From Candidatus Omnitrophota bacterium (lineage in GTDB: Bacteria > Omnitrophota > Gorgyraeia > Gygaellales > Profunditerraquicolaceae): a DNA stretch of 45,462 nt. The notes under the pieces were generated by a model that saw only the letters and a list, made by a program, of their open reading frames with translations, was not told the origin of the DNA and did not search any database. The stretch lies in the NCBI GenBank assembly GCA_016214325.1, contig JACROS010000030.1, forward strand, positions 1-45,462, given 5' to 3'. Below, piece by piece: positions 1 through 9,391 of this stretch. A program made the position numbers and the translations under genes. The first letter of the stretch is position 1. Each line of letters begins with the position of its first letter.

Positions 1-873
1 GAAGAGGTTATTGGCTTGCCGGTGCTTGCGGTGATACCTTTTATCCGTCAGGAAGAACATGACAGCAAGCTGACCTGGCAGGATAAACTTCTTAAGCTGA
101 CGCCTTTTTATAAAGAAACAAAGGAGGATTTTGTCAGAAGAAGATTGATTACACATTTTGAGCCTGACTCAATTGCTTCGGAAGCTTTTAGGACATTAAG
201 AACGAGCTTGAAGGTTTCTGCGGAGAATAAGGTTTTTCTTTTTACTAGTACCATGCATGAAGAAGGAAAAAGTTCTGTCACTATTAATACAGCCATTGCT
301 TTAGCACAATCAGGGCTCAATACTTTGTTAGTAGGTTGTGATTTAAGGCGCCCGACAATCGCCAAAACCTTTGGTTTGGGTAAAAGACAGGGTTTATCAG
401 AAGTTTTAAGCGGTGCTGTTCCGCTAGAGGATTCTATCAGTAATATTACCCATTTGATGATGGGCGGGATGGGTTGGGAAAATGTCATGAAAACACCCGG
501 GTTGGATCATCTCTCATTTATAGTTGGAGGCAAGATTTTATCTCAGCCGGCCGAATTGTTGGGATCCAGTAAAATGAAGGACTTATTAGATACTTTAAAG
601 GTTCGCTATGAAGTGATTATCCTTGATACCCCTCCTGTATTGCCGGTTACTGATGCATTGTTGCTTTGTCCGTATGCTGATAGTGTTGTAATTGTTTATC
701 AGGCAGGCCGTATTGCCAAATCTTCTTTAATCAGGGCAAAGAGCCTTTTACTTTCCTCTGGGGCGAAATTAAGAGGAGTAGTATTAAACCATGTTAGAGC
801 AACTACTGAGCAGATTGAAAGAGTTTATCCTTACTATAAAAAATATAAATATTCTGCTGTTGAGGGGACCTGA
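1..873 (+). CDS. Polysaccharide biosynthesis tyrosine autokinase (BY-kinase, CpsD/Wzc-type P-loop domain); 5' end lies outside the window
   Basis: Reading frame is open to base 1. Has the kinase-domain entry motif EAFRTLRTSL, a Walker A-like HEEGKSS, Walker A' VGCDLRRP, Walker B VIILDTPPV and a C-terminal tyrosine cluster YPYYKKYKYS. Confidence 0.75.
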   Translation, partial: EEVIGLPVLAVIPFIRQEEHDSKLTWQDKLLKLTPFYKETKEDFVRRRLITHFEPDSIASEAFRTLRTSLKVSAENKVFLFTSTMHEEGKSSVTINTAIALAQSGLNTLLVGCDLRRPTIAKTFGLGKRQGLSEVLSGAVPLEDSISNITHLMMGGMGWENVMKTPGLDHLSFIVGGKILSQPAELLGSSKMKDLLDTLKVRYEVIILDTPPVLPVTDALLLCPYADSVVIVYQAGRIAKSSLIRAKSLLLSSGAKLRGVVLNHVRATTEQIERVYPYYKKYKYSAVEGT

Positions 874-900
874 TAGCTTTATGGCGGAGTATTCCCGCAT

Positions 901-1137
901 ATGTTAATCCTCGCTGTTTTTCTTTTTGTTTTACTGGTAATAGGCCTTGCAGGGGTAAGCGGAAATAAGCCTGAGTTAGTATTCTTTCTTTCGGTTATCG
1001 GTGTGACACTGCTTATTATCGGAACTCTTTATTTATTTACTTCCCTTTATTTAAAGGCAAGCCCGTTGTTTTTTATTGTACTGCTCTTTACTTTTATTGT
1101 TATAATTTTAGTAGTTTCCTCAAAGGTCCTGAGATAA
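901..1137 (+). CDS. Small hydrophobic membrane protein (2-3 TM), function unknown
   Basis: 78-aa ORF that exactly fills the gap between flanking genes; its stop abuts the next start (TAAATG). Almost entirely hydrophobic sequence. Confidence 0.4.
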   Translation: MLILAVFLFVLLVIGLAGVSGNKPELVFFLSVIGVTLLIIGTLYLFTSLYLKASPLFFIVLLFTFIVIILVVSSKVLR

Positions 1138-2469
1138 ATGGACGAATACCTTCCTATTTTTATTATTTTCTTTATTGTTGTTTCAATAGCTGCGGCAGCA
1201 CTTTTTTATTCAACTCCACTTTACGCTATTTTTATTGTTTCTGGGCTCTTTGTTTTTGTGGCGTCTTTTGTTAGTATTGACTTGGGGCTTACCATTATAA
1301 TTATTGCGATGATGTTCTCACCGGAGATTAACGTTGCCGAAGTCCCTAAGCGCAGTGTTGTTATTAGGATTGAAGATATTTTCTTGATTGTGGTTTTCTT
1401 TAGCTGGATTGTTAGGATGGCAATAGATAAAGAACTTGGTTTATTGGAAACTACTCCTATTAATGTGCCTATCTTTTGCTTTATAGGGGCAAGCCTTATC
1501 TCAAGTGTAAGAGGAGCTTTGTTAGGAAGGGTTACTTTTATTAAAAGCATCTTTTTCTCTTTAAAGTATACTGAATATTTTCTGCTTTTTTTTATGATTT
1601 GTAATCACATTCGTACGCGTAAACAAATTAAGTATTATCTTGGTGTTTTTGTGCTTGTTTTTATACTAACTGCAATTTATGGTTTCTCTCAAATTGGTTC
1701 AGGTAGAATTTCTACGCCATTTGAAGGAAAATCTTCTGAGCCGGCAACTTACGGTGGTTATATTATTATCGTAGGTATGGTAATTCTTTCTTGTGCCTGG
1801 CATGTTAAAGGAATATTTCTTCAATTATTTCTTGGTGGTTGTTTTTTATTTAGTATACCTCCATTTTTGCATTCACTGTCGCGTGCTTCATACATGGGAA
1901 TTATTCCTGCATTTTTTGCTTTCTTCTTCTGGACCAAGAAAAATAAATTTTTCTTGGTTATTGCTGTGATGTTGGCAATGGTTATAAGCGTGGCTTTTAT
2001 GCCTGATTTTGTGAAGAACCGCGTAAAAGAAACATTTACCGGAAAAGAAAAGCCAATTGCTGGTCAGGCGCTTAAATTGGAAGAATCAGCCACTGAGCGC
2101 ATTGACAGCTGGAACAGGATTTTATTAAATAAATGGCCAAAGCAGCCGCTTTTAGGCCATGGCCCGGGGAGTTTATTTGTTGATGGGCAATATGTAACCT
2201 TTTTAGCAGAAAATGGTTTTGTGGGTTTGTTGTTTTTTGTCTGGATTTTTATGACTTTATTTAAAGTTTGTTTTGATAATATGAAGTTATTAAAAGGCGA
2301 TGACCTTGCTCAGGGCATAACTATTGGTTTTGCTAGCGGCATGGTTGGGCTTTTGGTACATGCTTTAACTGCAAATACGTTTATTTTAATCAGGGTAATG
2401 GAGCCTTTGTGGTTCTTGGCTGGGATAGTTGTATCTCTGCCGAAGGTGGCGCAGGAAAATGTCGGATAA
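1138..2469 (+). CDS. O-antigen ligase / polymerase family membrane protein (Wzy/WaaL-like)
   Basis: 443-aa polytopic membrane protein with a late extracytoplasmic loop (KETFTGKEKPIAGQALKLEESATERIDSW). SLSRASYMG-type segment is typical of the Wzy_C family. Sits between the BY-kinase and the flippase. Confidence 0.6.
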   Translation: MDEYLPIFIIFFIVVSIAAAALFYSTPLYAIFIVSGLFVFVASFVSIDLGLTIIIIAMMFSPEINVAEVPKRSVVIRIEDIFLIVVFFSWIVRMAIDKELGLLETTPINVPIFCFIGASLISSVRGALLGRVTFIKSIFFSLKYTEYFLLFFMICNHIRTRKQIKYYLGVFVLVFILTAIYGFSQIGSGRISTPFEGKSSEPATYGGYIIIVGMVILSCAWHVKGIFLQLFLGGCFLFSIPPFLHSLSRASYMGIIPAFFAFFFWTKKNKFFLVIAVMLAMVISVAFMPDFVKNRVKETFTGKEKPIAGQALKLEESATERIDSWNRILLNKWPKQPLLGHGPGSLFVDGQYVTFLAENGFVGLLFFVWIFMTLFKVCFDNMKLLKGDDLAQGITIGFASGMVGLLVHALTANTFILIRVMEPLWFLAGIVVSLPKVAQENVG

Positions 2470-4024
2470 AAGAATACTGGTGTTTTCTACTGTAATAGTT
2501 TTTATTTTTAGGATATTTTCTTTTTTGCTGGGTTATTTCCGGGATGTCTTAGTGACCCGTAATTTTGGCGCAAGCCATTTAACTGATGCTTGGTATATTG
2601 CTTCTAATGTTCCTGAGTTTTTATTTAAGTTTTTGATGTTTGGGGCTTTTGGAGCAAGTTTTTTTCCTGTTTTTATTGATTTAATTTCTCAGAAAAAAGA
2701 AGAAGAAGGCTGGCGCATAGCAAGTTCTGTAATTAATTTCTTCGGATTAGTTTTGGCAGGTGCCTCAATTATTGGAATTATTTTCTCAAATCAACTAGTT
2801 TATGTTTTTGCTCCCGGATTTAATGCGAATACCCATCATTTGGCAGTCGGCCTTACGCGTTTACTGCTTAGTGTTTTAGCGTTTATGGGGATTAATGGTT
2901 TGTTGATTGGCATATACCGTTCATATTTTAATTTTGTGGTTCCTGGAGCATGTAGTTTGCTTGTTCCTTTGTCAATTATTGTTTCAATTGTTTTGTTCTC
3001 AAAAACTTTTGGTGTGTATGCTTTGGCTTGGGGAACAATCGCAGGTTTTTTATTATCTTTTTTTGTTTTGGTAGTATTTTTAGGGAATAAAATTAACTTT
3101 TATAAATTTATTATTGATTTTCGTAATCCCCAGGTGCGCAGGATTTATTTACTAATGCTTCCGTTAATCGGCGCGGAAATAATTGGCAAAGGAATCAGTG
3201 TTGTAGATCAAATGTTTGCTTCAACTTTGCCCACTGGCTCAGTTACTTCTTTATTCTTAGCAAACCGAATTGTTGGAGTTCCTGTTGAGTTTTTTTCTAT
3301 GACATTTGCTACTGTAATTTTCCCTTTCCTTTCTTATAATACTGCCCTTAAAAATAAAGAAGAATTTAAGAGTAACTTGTTATTAACTATTAAGTTGTCG
3401 TTACTAATGTTGATTCCTTCTTTGGTGGGTATTGTCATATTTGGTCAAAAGTTGATTAGGATTATATTTGAACATGGTAAATTCACAGCTTATGACGCTC
3501 GGGTGACATACGTTGCTTTATTTTATTTAAGTTTAGGCTTGATTGTTTACGGCCTCAAACCAATTCTTACAAGATGTTTTTATGCTATGCAGAAGAACTG
3601 GATAATATTTAAGTTTGAAATAATAGGCTTTAGTCTAAACATAGTTCTGGATTATATTTTAATGAAATATATGGGATTAGGAGGCATAGCTTTGGCAACC
3701 TCAATTGTTACGTTAATTACGGTTTCCTATCTTGTTAAATCTCTAAAAAAGGAAATAGAAATCAACCTGTTAGCGATTTCTCCGTTTATTTTGAAAGTTT
3801 TATTTGCAGCATTTGTTATGGGTTTAGTTGGTTATTTTTCTGATAACTTAGTGGTTAAATTCTTTAATATTGACTTGTTAATTAACCAGCTTTTTTATCT
3901 TGTTATACTTATCGTGTTGAATGTCATAGTGTTTTTCGGAGTATTGTTTCTAATTAAGGTTGAGGAGGTAAAGTTGGTATGGCAGGTATTAAAGAAAAAT
4001 ATATTTCAGAAAGTGACGGCTTAG
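2459..4024 (+). CDS. murJ: MurJ/MviN-type MOP-superfamily lipid-linked glycan flippase
   Basis: N-terminal RDVLVTRNFGAS..TDAWYIASNVPEFLFKF signature of MurJ, ~14 predicted TM segments, typical ~520 aa length. Start placed at ATG 2459 (MSDKRILVF) rather than the upstream in-frame ATG 2429. Confidence 0.8.
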   Translation: MSDKRILVFSTVIVFIFRIFSFLLGYFRDVLVTRNFGASHLTDAWYIASNVPEFLFKFLMFGAFGASFFPVFIDLISQKKEEEGWRIASSVINFFGLVLAGASIIGIIFSNQLVYVFAPGFNANTHHLAVGLTRLLLSVLAFMGINGLLIGIYRSYFNFVVPGACSLLVPLSIIVSIVLFSKTFGVYALAWGTIAGFLLSFFVLVVFLGNKINFYKFIIDFRNPQVRRIYLLMLPLIGAEIIGKGISVVDQMFASTLPTGSVTSLFLANRIVGVPVEFFSMTFATVIFPFLSYNTALKNKEEFKSNLLLTIKLSLLMLIPSLVGIVIFGQKLIRIIFEHGKFTAYDARVTYVALFYLSLGLIVYGLKPILTRCFYAMQKNWIIFKFEIIGFSLNIVLDYILMKYMGLGGIALATSIVTLITVSYLVKSLKKEIEINLLAISPFILKVLFAAFVMGLVGYFSDNLVVKFFNIDLLINQLFYLVILIVLNVIVFFGVLFLIKVEEVKLVWQVLKKNIFQKVTA

Positions 4025-4758
4025 GCCCAGATTTTGAGAAAGGGCTGATTTATAAAGAACATCTGAGTAGGTATAAGTTTTGTTTAAACTATGTTTCGGA
4101 TAAAACGGTTTTGGATTTAGGTTCATCAAGGCGTGACGGCCCAATTCTTTTGGGAGCTCTGGCAAAAGAAGTCATTGCCATGGACATACAATTTTTTGAT
4201 ATAAAATATGCCCGAGATAATTTTGCTAAGGATAATGTAAAGTATCTTAATGCTGACGGAGTAAGCCTGCCTTTTAAAACAGCTAATTTTGATGTGGTAA
4301 TTTGCCTTGAGGTTATTGAACATATCCTTGATCATGACAAGCTGCTAACTGAGATAAGAAGAGTTTTAAGGCCAGGCGGACTTAGCATTATTTCAACTCC
4401 CAACAAAAAAATGGTAAAGATTTTCGGGACCCAAGATAATCCTTTGCATGTGAAGGAAATTGAATGTGAAGAGTTTAAGAATTTATTGGATAAATATTTC
4501 AATAAAGTTGAGTTTCACGGCCAGACAAGAGGAAAAGCTGTGGTTGGCAAAATGTATGCTTTGCATTTGTTGTTAAGGAAAATTGATATTTTAAATCTGA
4601 GAAGATTGTTTCCGAGTCAATTCAAGAAGAGCTTATCTGAAAGTATTGCCAAGGCAACAGGCGCAAAAGAGCTGGATAAAATAGAAGATACTGATTTGGT
4701 AATTTCGCAAAAGAACATAAAGACATGTCGTAATATTATTGCAGTTTGTCAGAAATGA
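3979..4758 (+). CDS. Class I SAM-dependent methyltransferase (Methyltransf_11-like)
   Basis: VLDLGS.. motif I, ICLEVIEHILD and LRPGGLSIISTPN motifs. GAGGAGG Shine-Dalgarno lies 8 nt upstream of the ATG. Confidence 0.75.
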   Translation: MAGIKEKYISESDGLGPDFEKGLIYKEHLSRYKFCLNYVSDKTVLDLGSSRRDGPILLGALAKEVIAMDIQFFDIKYARDNFAKDNVKYLNADGVSLPFKTANFDVVICLEVIEHILDHDKLLTEIRRVLRPGGLSIISTPNKKMVKIFGTQDNPLHVKEIECEEFKNLLDKYFNKVEFHGQTRGKAVVGKMYALHLLLRKIDILNLRRLFPSQFKKSLSESIAKATGAKELDKIEDTDLVISQKNIKTCRNIIAVCQK

Positions 4759-5471
4759 AACAGCTAATTAGTTTTATAAAATTTATTATTTCATTATTAT
4801 TTGGTGAAAGCGCATATTTTAAGTTGAGATGGTTTTTATTGCATGGGAGCAGATATTATGCGATTGCTGGTTATTGGGCAATTGACGGCTGGCTCACAGA
4901 AAAAGAAGCTTGTGCTTTGTATGATACGGTTTGTAATTTGTCTGCCAAAGAACCTGTAGTGGTTGAAATTGGCTCCTGGCTTGGGAAATCCAGTGTTATA
5001 CTGGGAAAAGGGCTTAAAAAGAATAAGACAGGTAAATTATTTTGTATTGACCCTTTTGATGCCAGCGGAGATAAAATTGGAGAAGAAGATTATCATCGTA
5101 GGGCAGAAAGCTTAGGTATTCCCTTGGTTGAAAAGTTTATCAAAAACCTGAAGAAATGCGGCGTTTTTGAATATGTAAAAATACTTCAAGGAAAAAGCTG
5201 GGAGTTTTCCGGAGAGTGGAACAAAGAGATAGATTTTCTTTTTATCGACGGAGACCACTCTTATGAGGCAGTATTGCGTGATTACCTTGACTGGGCCAAG
5301 TTTGTAAAAAAAGGAGGCTTTATCGGGTTTCATGACGTTGTCGTGAATCCAGCAGATAAGTCAGTTTATCAGGACGGCCCTTATAGAGTAGTAAAAGAAA
5401 AAATTCTGGAAAGTAATGAATGGACAGATAAAATGTTTTTTCATTCGCTGTTTATTGCAAAGAAAGTTTAG
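4755..5471 (+). CDS. Class I SAM-dependent methyltransferase (Methyltransf_24 / O-methyltransferase-like)
   Basis: VVEIGSWLGKSS glycine-rich loop and FLFIDGDHSYEAVLRDYLDW motif. ATG 4755 overlaps the upstream stop as ATGA; a TTG at 4746 is an alternative start. Confidence 0.65.
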   Translation: MKQLISFIKFIISLLFGESAYFKLRWFLLHGSRYYAIAGYWAIDGWLTEKEACALYDTVCNLSAKEPVVVEIGSWLGKSSVILGKGLKKNKTGKLFCIDPFDASGDKIGEEDYHRRAESLGIPLVEKFIKNLKKCGVFEYVKILQGKSWEFSGEWNKEIDFLFIDGDHSYEAVLRDYLDWAKFVKKGGFIGFHDVVVNPADKSVYQDGPYRVVKEKILESNEWTDKMFFHSLFIAKKV

Positions 5472-5478
5472 TAATTTT

Positions 5479-6294
5479 ATGGACATTTTACTTCGTGATG
5501 ACGATATAAATTATTTTACAACTCCTGAAGAGCTTCAGGATGCCTGGGGCTGGTATTTTAATCAAAAAGGAGCAAAGTTAAATTTTGCAATTATTCCTTT
5601 TGTTTCTCCTGTTGAGTTTTGTAAAACCGGTACTAACGAGGAAACAATTGGAAAAAACAGCCGTCTTGTAGATTATTTAAAAGAGAGAATTAAAGAAAAT
5701 AAAGTTGAAATAATCTTGCACGGGTATAGCCATGCTTCGTCTGGGAAAAGATTTGAATTTGAAAGCAATAATTCTCAGGAGCTGTCAGAAAAAATAAAAA
5801 AAGGAAAAGCTTATTTGGAAGAATTGTTTGGGATTAAGATAAATTCATTTGTCCCGCCGCATAACGCTATCAGTGCAGCCGGCCTTAAAGAGGTATCAAG
5901 GAATAATCTGAATTTACTCGCAGCTGTTCCATTAAATCCCCTGAAAGTTGGCTTTAGTTTTAAGAAACAATCGGCATATTTGAAGAGACTGATTTTTAGT
6001 ATTACTCATAAAAAGATCTTGAAAGGAAAATTCATTTATCCTAATTTGCAGATACTGCACAATATCCAGCAGTTGGATTGTTTTAATTTCTTGCCGGAGT
6101 TATTTACTCCTCAAGAGCTGTTTAATTTTATAAAATGCGTAAAAGAGGCAAAAGGAATTTTTTGTTTAAGTGTTCATTATTGGCAGTTAAATGAATCAGC
6201 AAGGTCAAAATTAGAAGAGACTTTTAAGCTTATTCAAAGTTTAAAAGACACAAGGTTTTGTTTTGCTTCAGAAATATTTAAGGTGAGAGCATGA
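5479..6294 (+). CDS. Polysaccharide deacetylase-like protein (NodB/DUF2334-like)
   Basis: LRDDDINYF (TFDDG-like) and ILHGYSHA (H-x-x-x-H-like) motifs. Start set to ATG 5479 (MDILLRDDD), because the longer ORF from 5416 overlaps the upstream gene with an implausible N-terminus. Confidence 0.5.
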   Translation: MDILLRDDDINYFTTPEELQDAWGWYFNQKGAKLNFAIIPFVSPVEFCKTGTNEETIGKNSRLVDYLKERIKENKVEIILHGYSHASSGKRFEFESNNSQELSEKIKKGKAYLEELFGIKINSFVPPHNAISAAGLKEVSRNNLNLLAAVPLNPLKVGFSFKKQSAYLKRLIFSITHKKILKGKFIYPNLQILHNIQQLDCFNFLPELFTPQELFNFIKCVKEAKGIFCLSVHYWQLNESARSKLEETFKLIQSLKDTRFCFASEIFKVRA

Positions 6295-7064
6295 TTTCTG
6301 TAATAGTAAATACTTATAACGAGGAGAAATATTTGGATCGCTGCCTAAGCCATCTAACTTGGGCAGATGAAATAGTAGTTGTTGATATGTATTCTTCTGA
6401 TAAGAGTGTTGAAATAGCGCGTAAATATACCGATAAAATATTTTATCATGAAAGAACAATCAGCGTACTTTATGCGAGAAATTTCTCTCTTTCTAAAGCC
6501 AGTGGTGATTGGGTGTTGATTGTTGATCCCGACGAGGTTATGCCGCAGAGCTTGGGCGGGAGACTAAAAGAATTATCTTTATCAAAACCAGACTTTAAGG
6601 CAGTAGCTATTCCATTTCAGACTATTTGTTTTGGCAAGGAGCTTAAGCATACGTATCCTCTCATTTGGAAATTACGGTTTTTAAAGAAAGATTCAATAGA
6701 TTTTCCTAAGAGAGTTCACTCTGATCCTGTTATAAATGGCACTACTTATCATCTTCCTGCTGAATCCGGGTATATTACTAAACATTATGTTGCCGAGGAT
6801 GTTTATAGATTTGTTGAGAAAATGAACCGGTATACAAGCGATGAAGCCGCGCATCTTTATAAAGACAATGGGTTAAGGTCTTCTAGAATCTTGATGCTTA
6901 GAAAACCTATAGCAGAGTTTATTAATTATTACTTTAAGCGAAAAGGTTATAAAGATGGTATAGAGGGTTTTATTTTTAGTGTTTTGATGGCTGTGTACAG
7001 GTTTTTAATTTATATTAAATTATGGGAACTTGATAAGGTAAATTATTTATCGGAGGCTCAGTAA
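6291..7064 (+). CDS. Family 2 glycosyltransferase
   Basis: ISVIVNTYNEEKYLDRCL N-terminus, VVVDMYSSDKS and DPDE (DxD-like) motifs. ATGA overlap with the upstream gene. Confidence 0.8.
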   Translation: MISVIVNTYNEEKYLDRCLSHLTWADEIVVVDMYSSDKSVEIARKYTDKIFYHERTISVLYARNFSLSKASGDWVLIVDPDEVMPQSLGGRLKELSLSKPDFKAVAIPFQTICFGKELKHTYPLIWKLRFLKKDSIDFPKRVHSDPVINGTTYHLPAESGYITKHYVAEDVYRFVEKMNRYTSDEAAHLYKDNGLRSSRILMLRKPIAEFINYYFKRKGYKDGIEGFIFSVLMAVYRFLIYIKLWELDKVNYLSEAQ

Positions 7065-7910
7065 ATGGATCTATCTGTAGTAATTGCATTTTACCGGGAA
7101 GATAAGGAAATTCTTTTTCAATGCCTTGAGGCTTTTAGAAAAAGTGCAGAGGGGATAAGCTATGAAATAATCTTTATTAATAACAGTACGCAGCCTCTCC
7201 TTTTGCCTGCTGATTTGATTGTTATAAATAATCCTAATAATGTTGGCATTGCTAAAGCTAGGAACCAGGGAGTTGCTATTGCAAAGTCTTCGGTAATATT
7301 TCTCCTGGAGCCAGATATCATTGTGAGTGATCTTTGTGTAAAAAAGATGTTTAACTTTTTGATGAGCCGTAAAGATATTTCTGCAATTGCTCCGAAGCTT
7401 ATTTCTCTGGATGGTTCACTTCAGTATAATTTTAGGAACTTACCTTCTATTTTTTATCCAATTTATGAAATATTATCGATTCCGGTGCGAAATCAAAAGA
7501 CTCAAGAAGGTTTTTATGACTTTTTGGGGCTGGGTTCATTGATGTTTAAGAAAGAAAGCTGGGAAAGGGTTGGCCCGTGTGATGAGCGCTTTATCTACGG
7601 ATTTGATGATACAGATTGGTGCAGGCGTGCAAAGCAAAAAGGCTTAAAACTTTATTATTACCCGATAGCACAAGCGGTTCATTTATTGCATAAGTCAGTT
7701 GCTGCTAGTGGAGGAAGACAGGTTGATTTTTACCTGTGCGAAGTTATCTATTATACTAAGCATTACGGTTTTTTGATTGGTTTTTTACTTAAGGTTTTTA
7801 TTATTTTATTTTCACTTCTAAGGATCTTGGTATTAACTTTTAAGCCGTCGCGCAGAGCAACTCGTGATTTGCTTTTTGAGCTAATAAAAAGGCTGGTATT
7901 TCTTAAATGA
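7065..7910 (+). CDS. Family 2 glycosyltransferase with C-terminal membrane anchor
   Basis: LSVVIAFYRE.., IFINNST, EPD and DDTDWCRR motifs typical of GT2 (rhamnosyltransferase-like). Hydrophobic C-terminal segment. Confidence 0.75.
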   Translation: MDLSVVIAFYREDKEILFQCLEAFRKSAEGISYEIIFINNSTQPLLLPADLIVINNPNNVGIAKARNQGVAIAKSSVIFLLEPDIIVSDLCVKKMFNFLMSRKDISAIAPKLISLDGSLQYNFRNLPSIFYPIYEILSIPVRNQKTQEGFYDFLGLGSLMFKKESWERVGPCDERFIYGFDDTDWCRRAKQKGLKLYYYPIAQAVHLLHKSVAASGGRQVDFYLCEVIYYTKHYGFLIGFLLKVFIILFSLLRILVLTFKPSRRATRDLLFELIKRLVFLK

Positions 7911-9385
7911 GAAATTTGATTTTATTTTTAAGTGTATTTTCAGTTTTTCTTTTAATTTTCTTGTCAATTCATGAGTTTTATCCTTTAGAAGGTGATGATG
8001 GCCGTTATCTTGTGGTAGCGCAGTCATTAAGCCTTGGTAAAGGTTTTACTTTGATTAATGCGCCTCTTGAACCCCCAGATACAAGAGTTATGCCGTTTTA
8101 TACAGTATTGCTGGCGGGTTTAATAAATATTTTTGGGGTAAACTTCTTTTTGTTGAGGGTGGTTTCTGCGCTTTTGGTTTCATTGGCGGCTTTATTTTTG
8201 TTTCTGACATATAAAAAACTTAATTTTGATATAAGTTTAGGCGTATTTTCATTGGCTTTGTTTTTTACTAATCCATATACTGTTTATACGGGATGGCAAA
8301 TTTTGACTGAGCCAATTTTTATTTTTTTGAGCGCGTTGTCTATTTATTTAATGTGTTCGTATTTGGAGAAGAAGAAACCAAGTTTTTTCTGGGTAGTTTT
8401 GGCTAGTTCAGCCTGTTTTTTATGCAGGTATGTGGGCATGTTCTTAATTATTCCTTTTGCGATTATTTTAGCCTGGAAAAGAGAATTTAAGAAAGCTGTA
8501 ATTATTTTTGGAGTACCATTTATACTATTCTGTTTGTGGAATATGCGTAGTTTCTTTATTTCTTCAGGGCCATTCTTCTACTCTGGGACATATTTTGAGG
8601 AGCTTCTGCGTAAAGGCGATTATATATCTAATAAGGCTGGGTGGATAAATATCTTCGAGCTTTTAAAAAGATCGGCGTATTATCTTGTGGTTTATTTGCT
8701 GGATATTGTCCCTGATTTTATTATTTATCCTTTAAAGTTTATAGCAGTGTATTCGTTATTATGGCCGATAAAATTAGTTAGTGGCTTCGTGCTTTCTGCG
8801 GTTACTTTGATTGGATTTATTTATTGTTTGTTGCGAAAGAACATTTTAATTTGCCTCTATTTCTTATTTTACCTGGGAATAATTTTTATTCCTGCTTATG
8901 GAGTAAGATATTTGGTAGTTGTAGGTATTTTAGTTTATTTATTTCTTGCCTTAGGATTGGCCAAGATTATGAAGAATAAGAAGGTAGTTAGTTTTGTGCT
9001 CAGTATTCTTCTATTTTTAAATTTATGGGGCAATTTAAAAGAAAACTTATTTTATAAGAATGCTCCTGAATTAGAAAGCTATAAAACTACTCTTTTATGG
9101 GCAAAAGACAACCTTCCAGATGATGCATTAGTTATTGCAAAAAAGAGTTTTAGTGCTTGGTGGCTGGCTAAAAGAAAGACATTGGATTATCCTGAAAAGA
9201 GTGAATTAGGTGGCTATCTAGGCAAAAGCAGCTATTTTGTTTTAGATTCTCGGGATATACTTTCTAGAAGAGAAAGAGATGTTTTTCTCAGGTTATTTGT
9301 TTATGAGCATAAGAATTATTTTAAAGAAATCTATACTGCTCCTGATGGATTGACAAAGATATTTAAGTATGAGCCAGAGGCGTAA
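7907..9385 (+). CDS. GT-C fold membrane glycosyltransferase (ArnT/PMT, GT39/GT83-like)
   Basis: 492 aa with >10 hydrophobic segments. First-loop acidic motif EGDDGRYLVVAQSL resembles the DE/DD-x-R-Y loop of ArnT/PMT enzymes. Soluble C-terminal domain. Confidence 0.55.
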   Translation: MRNLILFLSVFSVFLLIFLSIHEFYPLEGDDGRYLVVAQSLSLGKGFTLINAPLEPPDTRVMPFYTVLLAGLINIFGVNFFLLRVVSALLVSLAALFLFLTYKKLNFDISLGVFSLALFFTNPYTVYTGWQILTEPIFIFLSALSIYLMCSYLEKKKPSFFWVVLASSACFLCRYVGMFLIIPFAIILAWKREFKKAVIIFGVPFILFCLWNMRSFFISSGPFFYSGTYFEELLRKGDYISNKAGWINIFELLKRSAYYLVVYLLDIVPDFIIYPLKFIAVYSLLWPIKLVSGFVLSAVTLIGFIYCLLRKNILICLYFLFYLGIIFIPAYGVRYLVVVGILVYLFLALGLAKIMKNKKVVSFVLSILLFLNLWGNLKENLFYKNAPELESYKTTLLWAKDNLPDDALVIAKKSFSAWWLAKRKTLDYPEKSELGGYLGKSSYFVLDSRDILSRRERDVFLRLFVYEHKNYFKEIYTAPDGLTKIFKYEPEA

Positions 9386-9391
9386 AATGTT

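Noticed and set aside
108-488. Antisense ORFs inside well-supported genes. On the minus strand: 108-488, 1221-1550, 4126-4335, 10213-10491, 11227-11472, 13705-13986, 14616-14960, 17494-17958, 19045-19395, 24669-24941, 27974-28198, 28499-28777, 35655-36014, 36245-36526, 36866-37135, 40600-40968, 42715-43143 and 43826-44101. On the plus strand inside minus-strand genes: 30077-30513 and 31281-31681.
   Set aside because: Each lies wholly within a gene on the opposite strand that has clear family motifs. Their translations are low-complexity or Ser/Leu/Lys-rich with no recognisable motifs, as expected for shadow ORFs in AT-rich DNA.
5416-5478. Upstream in-frame start for the deacetylase-like gene, and similar long 5' extensions (2429 for murJ, 35668 for cbiM, 42731 for lipA)
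   Set aside because: The extensions overlap the preceding gene and add non-homologous, often basic or hydrophobic residues. The downstream starts reproduce family-typical N-termini (MDILLRDDD, MSDKRIL, MHIPDGY, VKPAWL).
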